Shown here: in pieces, positions 26,605-40,871 of the stretch
How positions within the stretch are numbered: the first letter of the stretch is position 1
Layout: every line of letters begins with the position of its first letter
From: Camelus dromedarius
Taxonomy: Eukaryota
NCBI RefSeq assembly: GCF_036321535.1
Contig: NC_087436.1
Location: forward strand, 48,548,001-48,612,000
Length of the DNA: 64,000 bases
Direction of reading: 5' to 3'
Program-made: the position numbers and the translations under genes
Notes under the pieces: model-generated
The model's input: only the letters and a program-made list of their open reading frames with translations
Database searches by the model: none
Told to the model about the DNA's origin: nothing

Positions 26605-28090
26605 AAGGGCAGATCTAGATTTTGTGACATGAAGCTAATGCAGTGTCAGGAGATGCCCTTCTTTAAGAATAGGTTATAAATTACAATCTAAAATTAGGCT
26701 ATTAAAAGAACATTAGAGCAAAGAGATCACAACAAATTACAAAATTAAAAAACATAATGTTTTTATTCATTAAATGTCTATTCCTCATTTTTTGCTTCTT
26801 TCTCATTGATCATCTCTTCATATAACAACAGTTGTGCAGTATTTTCTATAGAGAAAATAGATAATAAGTCTTTTCACTGGAAGGGTTTGTTGAGATTTGT
26901 TTTTTTATTTTTGATAGTAGGAATACATAAAACATATGACAACACAGGTGTAGCTTTTGTTTATTGTACTGTTTATTCTTGTAAACAAAATGCTATTTTG
27001 TGAAATTCCTATCAAAAAAACGAAAAATGTTAATGGTGCACTTGTAATTGTATATGTAGCATTATCAAGTATATTCCTAGAAGGAGAGTGTTTCTCTTTT
27101 GATCAGCATCAATGAGAATCAGATTTTCTGCTTATAATTTTGCATGTTTAATGTTTCAAAGAATTTTAAAGTCTGATTTTTGGCTTTGTACATGTCTGTT
27201 ATGTTTCTCCTACCCATAAACTTCGGGTGCTGGAACATATTTATATCACATACAACCTCTGCTCCTGTATAGAGGGTGGTGGGAGTATTCCAAGAAGTCA
27301 TTCCTAGAGCTAGAAATAACTTTGCCATACTGTCAAAGATAAAAAATGCCGGATACCAATTAAAGTGGTAAGGACAGGTTTTAATCAGTAACACACTGGT
27401 GTAGTAAGAGTCCAGCATAAATTAAACTCATTGTCAATTTGTACAGAGGTGACAGGGCATTTTAAAGAGGGAATGAGGGAATAAGGAAGGAGGGGACTAG
27501 AAGATTCAGGGAAGTGAAAAAATTACAAAAAATGTGATGAGGGGCATTGGTCCATGTGATACCAATCTGGGTTTGCTAATTGACACTTATCAAATTTAGA
27601 CTCCCACCTTCCCATAGAGGCTGGAAGACAGGGACCCTATCTTCAAGTATTGACTGTCAAATGGTAGGTTCTTTTGGCAGCCTTGATATTTCTCAGGCAG
27701 GCACTTATAGAGTGTTAAGGTCATCCTAGGGATGTGGCCTTGAATTGCTATAAACTATGTTAGAGTTTTGCTCAAGTCTCTATAGGCTAAGTTGAAGTAT
27801 AGTTGAGAAAAGGCTTAGAGAAGCCTGGCTAGAGTCTAGTCAAGGAGAAATTACCCAAAAGTGACTTCAGATCAGTGAAATATACCCCAGTAAACCACAC
27901 TGTGTATCTCTAATTCAGCTTGCTTAGTTGTGTCAAAGTATCCAGAGCCTCTGTGTTGCCCAGCACAAAAGGAAGAGTAATGGAGGAGAAATTGGTGTAA
28001 ATAAAGACAACAGTTTTCACTGATTATAGTTTAAATATTTATACTTCTGCAAATTTTACAAAACATGACCATAGGAACAATACATTTGGA
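26605..28090. mobile_element. hAT-Tip100-type DNA transposon relic (Zaphod/MER115-like), split by an LTR
   Basis: Terminal region gggcagatctagattttgtgacatgaagct...cccttctttaagaa; similar AT-rich body resumes after 27855. Family recalled from memory. Confidence 0.5.
27331..27855 (-). mobile_element. ERV1 solo LTR (MER31/MER67-like)
   Basis: Starts tgtcaaaga (reverse ...TGACA end); far end agttgagaaaaggcttagagaagcctggctagagtctagtcaaggaga matches the reversed 5' end of this family. Confidence 0.72.
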
Positions 28091-28249
28091 GGAGTATTCT
28101 TTGGAGTAGTGGAATTGTAGAGTCTTGAATCTCAGAGTTAGCAGCATAGCAAAGAGCCGGAGTGAGGAAATGTATATAGTCACAAGCCCCAGGCCCCTCC
28201 ATAGTCAGTCCTAGAATGCTGGCAAGGATTAGTTTAGACAGATTAAAGA

Positions 28250-29330
28250 ATTAGTCTCTGGAGAGATGGAATGTCCCCCGAAGGGAGAAATATCTTACTT
28301 ACATAGGTCCTCTAACAAATGACTGTATCCCCGAGTTACCTATAGTGAATCCACCAGTTACCAAGCCCTGCCACATATAGAAAACTTCCAATCAGATTTT
28401 TAGTGCTATTCTTTTAAATATGTATAGTCATAAATTACCAAATCTCTAAGGGAATCCTCCAACTAAAAAACACAGACTGGTACCAACTGAATAAAGGGAT
28501 ATCCTCAGAAAGACAATTATGAGAAAATATGGTAACTATGAAAAATCAGAATTTTTTTAAAGTAACAACAAAATTTAATTTACTGGAAATTAAAAATGAT
28601 GTAGAAATGCAAGGATCTTTATAATAAAAGAGTTGAATGATATGGTTTGGGAAATCTCTCAGAGAGTAGAATACAAATAAAGATGGAAAATAAGAAGAAA
28701 AGGCAAAATTATTAGAAAATCTACTCAGGATGTTCAAGACTCTTCTACCCAAAGAAGAGAGAAGAAGAAAAACAGAAAGAAGTTATTACAGACATCAAAC
28801 AAGAGCTTTTTCTGTAAGTGAAAGATTACAAAAAGACCATCAAATGCCTAACACAAGTGAGTGATACACACTTAAATATATCATTATGAAATTTCAGAAC
28901 ACTGGGGATCCTAAAAGTTTACAGAAAGGTGGAAAATCACATACAAATGATCTCAAATCAAAATTGCATCAAAATTCTCAGCAGAAAGATGATGGAGCCC
29001 TGCCTTACATAACTCTTAAGAGGAAAAAAAAAAGAAATCCTAGAATGTTATGCCTAACCCAACTGTCAGTCAAGGGCAGAATAAGTATATTAAAAGACAT
29101 GGACAATTCCAAAATAATTTGCGTTCTGTGCATCCTTTCTTAGAAACTACTGGAAAATATGTTCTACCAAAATGATGCAGCTAATCAAGAGAGAAAAAAT
29201 AGTATCTTAGACTCCAAATGAGAGATCAAATATAGGAAGGAACCAAAGGGAATTAGGTGATGTTCGTTTGATCTAGGAAGTAATTCATATTCATTAAAAC
29301 AAGAGAAAAGAAGGCTTAAGAAGAGGTGAT
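28250..29330 (+). mobile_element. HAL1/L1ME ORF1-like relic
   Basis: catcattatgaaatttcagaacact...atcctaaaag and ctttcttagaaactactggaaaatatgttctaccaaaatga resemble HAL1 ORF1. Confidence 0.65.
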
Positions 29331-30549
29331 TTTTCCACCTCCCCTCACCCAAATGACACATCAGTTGTATTTTATCATTTTGAAAATAATTCAGTATTTC
29401 TGAGAAATATAGTAGTAATGGATGAGAATAAAGAAACCGAGATTTAGATAAATGATTTCTCTGAGTCACAGAGTACCTCATGGAGTTTGGAATCATCCTG
29501 GGAAAACATAATCCATGGTATATTGCTTTTTCACAATGTATTATATCAAAATGAAAATTCAAGATAGAAAATAGTAGTGCCCTAGGATGAGAGAATATTT
29601 TGAATGAATAATTGCATATTTTAATGTATGGTTTACAAAGCATTTTTACATAATATTTTTATTACGATAAAGTACTTTGGAAGGATTTTGAGATGAAGTG
29701 ACAAGGGTCAAGAGAATGGAGAATGGGATATCTGCCAGTACTAGTAATCAGGCTTGAATCGGAGTGGATACCAGTAAATTCTCAAGATTCACTGTAAACC
29801 TTTTATGGTATTGGTAGGGTGTTTTGGAAGCAGATACAAATGACTTTTCCATGGCCAGTGATCTAAGGACTTAACTACAACCTCTGATCTGGATCATTGT
29901 CTTGACTTCAAGCCTTTTATGGGTGACAGATATGTCAGACTGATTTGAGCACTGCAGATGTAAAATCTACGGTCCAAAATTCTTCTGCTTTGGAGATTTA
30001 ACAGTGCTAAGTGGATAAACTTTTTTAAGATGACAGAGTTTTCTCTCTTTAGCTGCAAATTTTTATTTTAACCATATTAATTGGGAATTTTCTAAAATGA
30101 ATTGAACATATCTCTTCCTTCTTTAGTGGATCAGAGGAACATATCTTAAACTTTTATTCTTCTTCTAGTTGGTTTCTGTGTTCTTCTCTGTGGAATATCA
30201 TGTTGATAATATTACAGAGCTTTTTAAAAATACATTTAACCATACTGACCATTTCTCAAATAAATAGATCCATGCCTCAAAACATGTCTAACTCTATTTT
30301 ATAGATTTTATGTTAGAAATACAATATGGAGGTGATGAAATCTGACCTCTTTGGGGAGCCATGGGAGTAACCAACTATAAAGTTGGCAAACATCACTAAT
30401 AGCAGATAAAGGAATGTTTGATTTAGTAACTGGTCTTTCTAGATCTGTTGGCTATTATTTTCCCAAATCTTAATGAATTGGGTAATGAAAAATGCCTTTA
30501 AACCATTTGGTAACTTAAGACATTCTACTCATAACACATTTAACACATT

Positions 30550-30705
30550 AAATCACTTAGCTTTCTTATGTCTTAGTTTCTTTGGTCTTCAACAGAGATA
30601 AGGGAGATTGCAATACCTGTCTACAAGAATCATTGTAAGAATTAAATGGGCTAAGTGAAAGTAGACAATGCCTGTCACCTAATAGATGCTCAAAAAGTGT
30701 CTATT
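30550..30705 (+). mobile_element. MIR fragment
   Basis: cattgtaagaattaaatgggcta...atgcctgtcacctaatagatgctcaaaaa. Confidence 0.6.
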
Positions 30706-31894
30706 TCCCTGTGCTCATCCAAAAGTTTTCCACCTTACAAAAGCAGACAACTCTAATTGCATGACTCATGCACCATTCACAAAACTGACTTAAATTCCTG
30801 TTTCTTTTCCTCTTATATATAAGCTTTTCATTTCATAATGTGAAATAAGGAACTCATCCCTTTGTAATTTAAAATATGTATTATGTTTTTCTCCATTGTT
30901 TATCTGAGCTGCCACATTTGGACTTTTGTGAAGGAAGTGAGGCTATCTACCATTTACTAGTATTAGAGCTATAGAATGGGGAAAGCTAGTCCATGCTAAA
31001 CTCCTTCATCCTAGTCAACTTCGTGAATTTCTACTGCCTTTCCGTGATCACTCCACTTTCCCCATACAGGAACAGCTTATTCTTCATCAGGACTATTGAT
31101 CTTCTAAAAAGCTACAGTCCTATCAAACACACAAACAATAATTTGACTTTGTAGTAACTTTCCTGTGTACATTATCTCTGTACCAAAATGCTTAAATCAC
31201 TTTCAAATCTGAGAAAGAAAAGGAAATCTTCTATGAAAATATTTTTATAATTTTAATCTAGTGCAATTTCTCTCTATATGAAGCTTCGCTTAAACTTGTG
31301 TGCACTTGAATCAAGAAATTTTAAAAAAAAGTGAGAAATGCTAAATTGATATTTCAATAAATTTTGCCTGATGATTTTGTATCTTCTAAAATAGATGAAA
31401 ATGAAACTTTTAGTACACTTTACTTAAAGTCATGGTGAATCAACACCTGAATCTTTTGCCTGCCCACTCCCAAATTCCAGCCTGACCTCTCTACCCAGCC
31501 TTTGTTTTACTTTGAAAAAGAAAAAATATCATCAAAGTTAGTGAAGCAGATTCTTAAATAAGAAGAAATGTTATATTCCATAATGTTTAAATAATGATAC
31601 TCTGAAATATACATATATATTGCATATATATGTAGATTATAATACCAATAAGACCACCTATAAAATATATGCATATATTTACATAGTAAATATATGTGTA
31701 TATGTATCTACATAATAATATAAAATACCTTCTACCATTTCAGCCATAAATATGCTGATTAATTTCTATATTTTTTTTTACTGACATCTCTGCTAATTAG
31801 TTATCATCTTAGCCATATTTGTATATATGCATTTAGGAAAGATTGTGGTTTTTACGTAAACTGAGCAATCAAGATTCTATCTTCGCTTTTTTAA

Positions 31895-32107
<213 letters not shown>

Positions 32108-32239
32108 TGACAAACTCTAAAAAAAGATGGATATTAAAACTAGTATACTTTAGTGTCATTACTGTTCATAATACTATTATCACTTACGTCCTTTTAACAT
32201 AGCTGTTTTCTAATATTTATGTATTTTTGTAATTATGCA

Positions 32240-32955
32240 ACTATTTGAGGTCTTGGGATCACCCAAAGGTGAGAGCTTAAGGCCTCCTTGGGTCTTTCCT
32301 AGGATGCAAACATCTTACGAACACACGGACAGACTTCTAGATTCCCAGGATCATGTTGGAACTTTCAGAGCCCCTCTATGGACATTGCATTCCCCAGCTT
32401 TTAATTTTAATTTTTTTATTTTTATTGTCTGCTTCTTGTTTGCCCAAGCTATTATGGCCACCTCAGGCAGCTGCAATATTAAACAATTGCTGCTGACTTT
32501 TTTTGACAGAAACCTCCAGAGTAAAGTCTTTTTGTACTGAGTAAGCTCTGAGTCAGGTCAAATAAAAGCAAATACTGTGAGGAGATGTTTCCAGAGAACT
32601 GAAAGACACGTCAAATAATCACAATTCCTTAAAATAATACTTTTTGGAAACTCTGAAACTACTCTATTCATCCAGTGATTGACAGATTTCTGGTTTGTGA
32701 TACTGTTGGTTTTCAAGGTGACTGTGTACCTGAGGAGAGGGAAATGAGAGTAAGGTAAATTAAAGCCCCATGAAGCTCATATTCTTAATGAAATTCAGGT
32801 GTTTCTCTTGACTATGTACTCCATAGATTGCTGCAGGCCTTTGTTTAATTTCTAGAGTTCTAAAAGGTTTATTTTGATCATCTCTGCTCTCATTATGTTT
32901 TTGGAGGAGCAGCTTTTCTGAGATCCTTACACCACCATTCTCACTGATGTCACTC
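32240..32955 (-). mobile_element. Old L1M 5' UTR relic
   Basis: caaaggtgagagcttaaggcc...taagctctgagtcaggtcaaat...ggcctttgtttaatttctagagttct resembles reversed L1M 5' ends. Confidence 0.65.
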
Positions 32956-33504
32956 ATATTCTGTTCCATTTGTCCACTACATGTTAATGCTTGAGTGAAA
33001 AAAAAAGACTGAGAGATAGTTGATTTTAAAAGGTCAGAAAAGAATATTGACAATTCAGGTAACATGAGACTTTCATCTTGTGATAAAGTAAAATTTTACT
33101 AAGAAACGTTGCTGTTTAATTTGAGTATTTTAAAATCCTTTTCCTTATACCCTTTTCTGAAATGAGATTTTTGTTTAAAAAGTTTAATAGTTTGAATGTC
33201 ACTAAACCTCAAGTCCCTTTGTGAATTCCTAGATATGGTAAGTCTCAGAGTTCTGGGTCAATTTGCTAAAACTTTGTGATGTAAAACAAACTTTTTTGTG
33301 TGCTCATAAGTCAGATATAATATCTCCATTAACAACAATACTAAGAAATGGAAGAGAAAAATATACATTATTTACATGAAATGTTGCTATCTGAAGAATA
33401 TTCAAATTTTAGCTCACTATTCTTTAGAATTTATTTCATTCTTTCTGATATACTTCAACCATAAAGAAAAAAATGAATAATGTAAAAAAACTACTGCATT
33501 ATTT

Positions 33505-33646
33505 TTTCAACAGTGTGTCTGAATACATACTGTAAAACAGATACCATTCTAGTTGCTGGGGATAAGCACTGAAAAAACAAGTATTTATTCTCATAGAATT
33601 TGCATTTAGTGGCGGATATACAGATAATAAGCAAAAAATGAATAAG
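33505..33646 (-). mobile_element. L2 3' fragment
   Basis: ccattctagttgctggggataagcactgaaaaaaca...ctcatagaatttgcatttagtgg. Confidence 0.6.
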
Positions 33647-34142
33647 CAGTGCAAATATCCATTCTTCTTAAATCAATTTTTATAAGTTCACTTGTTAAAA
33701 TTATCTGTTTAATTACTATGCTGATTTTATCAAAATCCTTTTTTAAAGTATATATATTATCTAATTTTTTATATTTATATAATCTTTATACAAAATATTT
33801 GTACCCTTTTTGCATCTTAGCTCAAATTTTGTCCCCCTTTCCATTCTAATATTTTTTATTTGAAGTCTTCCTTGTTCAGATTTAAGAGTTAGAATAGAAA
33901 GTAGATACAAAAAATTACGTATATATATGCCTTATAAAAGCATATTCATTAAATTTAAGATAGTCACAACTCATGTTTATATACTATATATTCGATGTCA
34001 GATTCTATAACATAAAAAATGGGTTTTGTAAATTGAAACGTAAACCACTCTGCAACTTGAATGGAAGCTTGAAACAGCTATGAGAAGAAAATTACACTTT
34101 AATTTTATGTGTGTCTGTCTTAGTTATTCCCAGAAGCAGACC

Positions 34143-34370
34143 ACTGTAGTAGAAAAAGCATGAGCTTTACTGTTAGATGAATTTAGTTTCAGGTTTAAAC
34201 CCTGTTTCTTTTTTGTTTTATAATATTGAATAATTAACGTAACCTGTCTAGTTCCCTGTTTGTAAAAGTGAGCATAATTGTAATAATTCCTATCTTGCAG
34301 ATTGTTAAGTAAAGCACCTAGTTCAGTGTCTGATACATAATAAGCACTCAAAAATGGTAACAATTATTAT
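34143..34370 (+). mobile_element. MIR SINE
   Basis: Head gtagtagaaaaagcatgagcttt; tail gtgtctgatacataataagcactcaaaaatggta. Confidence 0.7.
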
Positions 34371-34795
34371 TACACATTTACTATTTAGTAATTAAAGTTG
34401 TGTTTCAACTTTGAAAACTACATGAAAATTTTCTGAAGTCTTCTCTATCTAAATAGTTTGTACAAAAAAAGAGATGTTTTGGTATTCTTCTCTTGCCTCT
34501 CAGCTATGTTAGCTTTATTACTATAACTTTACATTTAGAGTCATTACAAATAGTAAGGGGAGTAAGGGAGAGAGAGGCTGACTCTCCAAAGAAGGAATCT
34601 TTCTGGCAGCTTTACCCTAGTAATTTCAGTTTAAGATTTCACTTTGACCTTTACCTCTTAGTTTTAATACTATTTTGATCCTGAAACTTGCCTAAAGAAT
34701 TATTTCACCTAGTGCTAGAGTCTTTCTCCTCTACGTTTCTTGAAATAACTAAGACTCTGCTTGATAATTCTACCACAGCTTATTAATTGGAAATA

Positions 34796-34847
34796 CATAT
34801 ATATATATTATATATATATTATATATTATATATACATATATATATAT
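34796..34847. repeat. Imperfect (TA)n low-complexity tract
   Basis: Directly visible. Confidence 0.85.
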
Positions 34848-35684
34848 GAAGATATGTAACTGATGAATAAAATAAAATGGATTTTTTTTAAACTGAGTGT
34901 ATTTTAGGAAAAGACTGATCAACACTGGATTTTTAAATCTATTTCTTTGTTAAACTTTAATCATCATGTTAATTTATCAATGACTGGTGTAAGTTAGTTG
35001 CATGTACACTGTGAATAAGCAAGAATTATTATTCTTGTTTATGAATATATATACTAGTCTGGAATTTTATTAAATGAATTAAATTTTGTTTATGTAATGT
35101 TAACTGCTTGCATATACTGTTGTCATAAAATAAGTAAAACATTGAATTATCTTCAGGTATGCTTTAAGTATGGATTAAATATGAGTTTAATATACATAAA
35201 AACTTTAAAATACATTTTTATAGTTTAAGTTGGAATAGCTTCTGAAAGTCCAATATAAATGCTAGTCTATAAAGTTTCATCTTGTTAATAATACCACTGC
35301 TTTTTATAGTTTTAGCAATTTAAAAATAACATTACAATGATTTATAGTTTTCAGTACTCAGGTACAATATTTTATTTGTTCCTGAACAAATCTCTGAGGT
35401 ATTTTTATCCCCACTTTAGAGTTGAGGAAATTCAGCAGATTACTTTATGCAAGTGGACTTTATCAGTAGTGTAAGTGTTGTGCTTTTCCCTCTTATTCAT
35501 TGGAATGTATATATTAATATATATCATCTTAGTCTGCAGTCATGATTTTCGAGTATTTTTATAATTTTCTTCTATTTCCCTACTGCCTATGTTTACATAT
35601 ACTCATGCAACCACCTATATACCTGCTCTTAAATAAGTTGAAGTGATTTTACAATAAGGTGGAAGGAAAAGCAATTATGTGACC

Positions 35685-35975
35685 TTTAATATATGTAGAC
35701 ATTTGATATATTGCTGGTGATATTCCAGAAAAAGAATTTTAAACCAGTTAAACATCCAGCAACAGTAAATGAAAATGCATAGTTCCCATATATCCTCAGC
35801 AACACTGGGCATTATAATTAAACTTCTTTTGCTGACTTCATAAGTTTTTAAAATCTCATTTACATATGTATTTGTTTCATTCCTAATAAGATTAAGTATT
35901 TTTCTTATGTTTATTAACCAATTATACTTTTTCTTCTAATTGTCTTCAGATAATTCTTTGCCCATTTTTCTATCA
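35685..35975 (-). mobile_element. L1ME ORF2 3' fragment
   Basis: catccagcaacagt...tatcctcagcaacactggg...tctttgcccatttttctat. Confidence 0.6.
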
Positions 35976-37919
35976 GAAGGCATATACATAGTGTTTAGAG
36001 AATTTACTCTTTTTAACAATGAAAGAAAAGAAAGCATTGTTGAATATTTGATTCAGTAAAAGGCAAGCAGCTGATTCAATTTCGCAATGGAACTTTTTAT
36101 TTCTTTTATTTTACTACATATTCAAAGTACTGCAAAATTTATAACATATGAGAGAGAATTCAGAAAATAATTTGGAAATTTTTGTCTTGAATGTCTTTGA
36201 CTTATATATAAGGTTTGCCTTCTCTCATATCTTCCATGAAGGTAAAGGATTTTATTCATGGAAAACAGTAGAAGAAAATGAAATAGCAAAAAAAAAAAAA
36301 AAAAAAAAAAGCTATCAAATTCTTAAGAGGGAAAGATACCACCCCTTAAAATTCTAGAGAGCAAAATTTGCCAGCAATAAAGTTAGGTTTCTATAGCCCT
36401 AAATATAATAGTTGATTGCAAGATAAACACTATCATTTATCCTCAGCTAACAAGTTAGTTAACCAATAAGTTAGGTTGACTCTAGTTCTTTACCTTTTGT
36501 TTTGTTCTCTGTACAGATGGCAGTCATCTTCACTAATGGACTGTTGCTGAACAGATGTGGGGAAGAATTCCTAGTTATGATAATAAATGAACTACTAGGT
36601 TGAGACTTGATGGATCATTCACATTTGTTATCAATTGAAAATTACCTTAGCCTATAAGGGAATTGGGATGGGGAAAGGAATAGAAAAAATCACACAGTGA
36701 AGGCAACATGTAAGATTACAAAAAAACATGCTCAGTGTTAGGTTGATAATTTTCTATATTTGGAGAAATTTTTGTGATACAAGCTATGAAAGTTAATATC
36801 AACAATTATTTTCTTTTCTGGTAGAGGTACAAATTATGTATAGTGATTCTCAATTTGTAACAAAACTTCTTCCTCTCACCACCACAGTCTCCCTAGGGCA
36901 AATGAATAATTGTGCAATCGCCAGTATCCTTTACCAACTCTTCCTCCAGTGCTTTCTCAAGGATAGGATCTTTCTACGTCCTAAAAGAACAAACTTAATT
37001 ATTTAGTTGTTCTTTGGACTCTATTTCAGTATGTCCATACTTATAAGATGTACACCAAAGTGAGAGTGAATCATAGCTAAGCAAACTGAGTGATTTTTTT
37101 CACTCATTCTGAGATTATTTACCACAGCTCTGTTGCATTCATTTAAATTATACACACACACACATATGTCCCTGTCTATTCAGATAAATATTTAAGCAGC
37201 AAGTGGAACTTTTGGAAGGGGAGTGGGCATTATAACTTACTGCTTTGATGGTAACATGTGGGGAATGCTGGGAAATTCTTAGAATTCTTCAAGTGAGATG
37301 CCTGGCAGTGCCTTATCACTACCACTGAATTATGGATGAATTTTTTTTTAAATTGCTGCTGCTTCTGTTTCAATATTAACTTTAAAAAGCAATAGGATTA
37401 CATGTGTCATTTTCAATTCCAAGAAATTTATAGACATAACTAAAGAAAAAGTATGTCAGAGCTATTAGGTCTTTTGAATCCGATGGAACTATAATGAATA
37501 AGCGTAGCTGTGTGTTTTCCAGAGGTCATTTTTTATTATTAAATTTGCTGTTTTCTGTTTGGTTACACATAATTTTTTGTCAGATGTTGATTATTTTTTA
37601 GAGTACATGGTACCATAACAATGAGAGCTCCTACATTGTACTTGTAATATCGTCTTCAGTACTTTGAGATTCAAAATGTCATAGAATTATTTCACAGTTT
37701 TTACAGAATTGATCTGACTCCTTCATTTCTTGTTAAGTCTTCATATAACTACCATCTACATATGATGAAAAGAAATTCTTGTTCCTCTATGTGTATAATA
37801 CTTATTAGACAGATGTTATTTTTAAGATATTGTCATACATTTGTACTCACAAAGAAACCTTTTCAAGTGATCATGGAGGTCTTACCGCCTCACAAACAAA
37901 TAACAACAACAAAACCCCA

Positions 37920-38186
37920 TGGTTCTGGCCATATGTAGATTTCAATAAATTTTAAGAAGTAAAAATAATACAGATACCATTTCTCAGATCATTATTCACT
38001 CATATTGGAAAATAATATAAATAATAACAAAATTTTCTTACTACCTAGAAATTAAAAAGAAATCAATAAAATAAAATAAACAACTTCTTTCTTAACTCTT
38101 CAGATAAGACATTTTGAATGAAAATTGTAGAGTATCTAGAAAATAAGAACCCTACACATAAGAACCTATGGGTGCAACTAAAGTGG
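37920..38186 (+). mobile_element. Old L1 ORF2 fragment
   Basis: ctcagatcatt...tatctagaaaataagaaccctacacataagaacctatggg resembles the post-endonuclease region. Confidence 0.5.
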
Positions 38187-40460
38187 GCATTTCTCTCATT
38201 GCTCATCATAATGCCTTACGTATATAAGATACTGACTGATTATCCCTTATCAAGTCATTTTATTTCAGCTAGCTTTTGAAAGATTGATAGGGTTTATATA
38301 AGTGAAGATCAAGAATTCCTTTTTTTAACATCCTTGAGAAATCTCAACACCATCCTAAAAAAAGATTTACAGAAAATAAAAATAATACTGCATATTCACC
38401 TAATTTTATTTTACCTACTCTTTCCAAAGCATAACTGTACTTTGGTAAAGAGGCTAGTCACTGGAATAGGCTGAAGTAGGTCACATTTCCTCTGCTAATA
38501 AGGGAACTTGCAACACTATGCAGTTCCACTGTTAATGTTCTGGTGTGTTAGGTATGGGGTGCTAAGATTTTTTCGTAACACACAGCTTGTGACTTTGTGA
38601 ATATTAAGTACATAAAGAATTGAAAGAAGCTGGATTTTTGAATAATTCACAGTGAAATAAAGGATTTCTTAAATACACAGATTTTAAAGTATGTTTTAAA
38701 TAACCCACTACAATTATTCTTATTATACACTTAATTATCTTTTACTTTGACTGTACCTTTCTTGAGTTCTAGAGTCCAAGCCTACCAGAGATCCTTTCTT
38801 CTTGCTAGCTATCGATATTGTATTGTGTGTGCAAGTTGTATTTAACGTTTACTACATTTCATTTAAGTGATAAATTCAGTGCTTTCAAAAATATATTCCA
38901 CTCTGCAGTAAACATCATGGGATGGGGGGAAAATGTATGACTTCATATTTATAAAATGAGGCTATGTAAGTTGCTGAAGAAGAAGAGGGAGAAAAAAGAT
39001 CAAAGGAAACAGCAAAGCCAGGGAGGCATATTCTTAAACTCTATGAGTTTAAGTTCATTTCATTTGGTACTGTATTTTAATTAATTATGAGTCCTCATAC
39101 TGAGAAGAATGGTGTTAATAGAAGCTCTGTCTTTGACAAGAAATGCCTTGGTTGGTTGAGGGGACAGAGACTACTCCTGAAGAAAGTCTGTCTAATGTTA
39201 AAAAGGCACTGATATGAAGAGTCATTCCTAATCAGAGCTGATCCTTGGAGAGAGAATATCTTTGATCTGTCTCTAGGCTAAGTCAGGTTTTTATTTCTGT
39301 TGGTCAAAAAGAACTGTTCCAAGTTGGATGGAGCTAATGAGAACTTGTTTCTAAAGTTAAGGAAGCAAACAGCTGACATTGAGTAGTCTGCCAGAATCTG
39401 ACACTTCATCAGGGACTGGCTGAAAAAATATATGAAAAAACTGTATCTATTAACATCATATTAAGGAAAATGAAGTTTAATAGATAAAAAGATGTATTAT
39501 TTTTGAAACCTGTACTATTTGTTATTCTTTAGTGTTTATTTGTATAGTTGATTGTTTTCTGTACCTCTCATTTATCTTCTGGTAGTCATTTATGATAGCC
39601 TGTCACTATATTTTAATCCATTTAGTATGACCATGAGGTTGCCAGATTATTCAGTTATTAATAGTTAGCTATTCATACCTGAGAGTTTCATTAAAATTCC
39701 TAGAGAAATTCTTAAATTCTTGGTGATAAATATTCCCACATCCTTAGAAAACAAATAAGTGATTGCAAGAATATCACATTATCGTCTGAGTTATGTGTAG
39801 AGCTAAAGATAGAGAATATTACCAATCTACAATAGTTTTTTAGCATTATTAAACTATTCAATTATGTGTACATATCTACACACACACACTCGCAGAAAGT
39901 ATGTATCTTACCCTTTAGGACACCTATCTTATTCTTATACTCCCATTTTGTATTCTACCTTTTCCACTACCCTGACAATTGTCACAAATTACTCTTTTCA
40001 GTCCCTGATCTCACTTAATCTCTTTTTTTCAAACATTATCTTCTTGGATTTTTTTGTATGTCCTAATCTCATTTTTGTCTTTCCTCTCTGTTATCTTCAC
40101 TCAGTATCTTTCTCTGTCTTCACCTGCCCTTGCATGTCATTAATATAGCATTCCTCTGGGTCTGTATAGGCCTCCTTCTGTTCTCTCACAGTATGGATAT
40201 TAGACAGTCTTGCAAACTTGCGTCAAACAGTGATCATGGCATCCAGTTATTAGCTCCTGCTCAAGCTTCTCTTATTAGCTAATCTAGGAGACCCATATCC
40301 AATGCTTGGTCAACACTCCACTTGGATGTTCCACAGGCAACCTTTAATTCAGCATGTCCAAGGCTGAATTTATTTTCTTTTCCCCTTACAGCTGTTTCTC
40401 CTCTAGCATTCCCTATACCAGTAACCACCATTATCATTCAAGTCAGTATCTAGATTCATT

Positions 40461-40656
40461 CTTTTTTTTGGTATATATATATATATATTTTATTGAAGTA
40501 TAGTCAGTTTACAATGTTGTATCAATTTCTGGTGTACAGCATAATGCTTCAGTCATACATGAAGATACATATATTCATTTTCACATTCTTTTTCACCATA
40601 AGTTACAAGATATTGAATATAGTTCCCTGTGCTATACAGTATGAACTTGTTATTTA
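40461..40656 (-). mobile_element. Short L1 3' end with TSD
   Basis: ttttattgaagtatagtcagtttacaatgttgt...; TSD tagattcatt at 40451-40460 and 40657-40666. Confidence 0.9.
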
Positions 40657-40871
40657 TAGATTCATTTTTGATTCCTGCCTTTCCTTCCAATATTCAGTCA
40701 GTCAAAAAACATATTCACAAACCTGTTCACTTCTGTTACTGATGCCATCATTTACTCAATTTCACCATCATCTCTCACTTGCTTTCCTGCAAGTTTCCTG
40801 CATCTATTCTTACTCCTTTTTAATCCATTCTTCAGACTTTAGCTAACATAATCTTTTAAATTTTTTTTTTA

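Noticed and set aside
29185..29643. 152-aa minus-strand ORF
   Set aside because: Low-complexity F/L/S/I composition typical of the antisense of A-rich DNA; partly overlaps a LINE relic.
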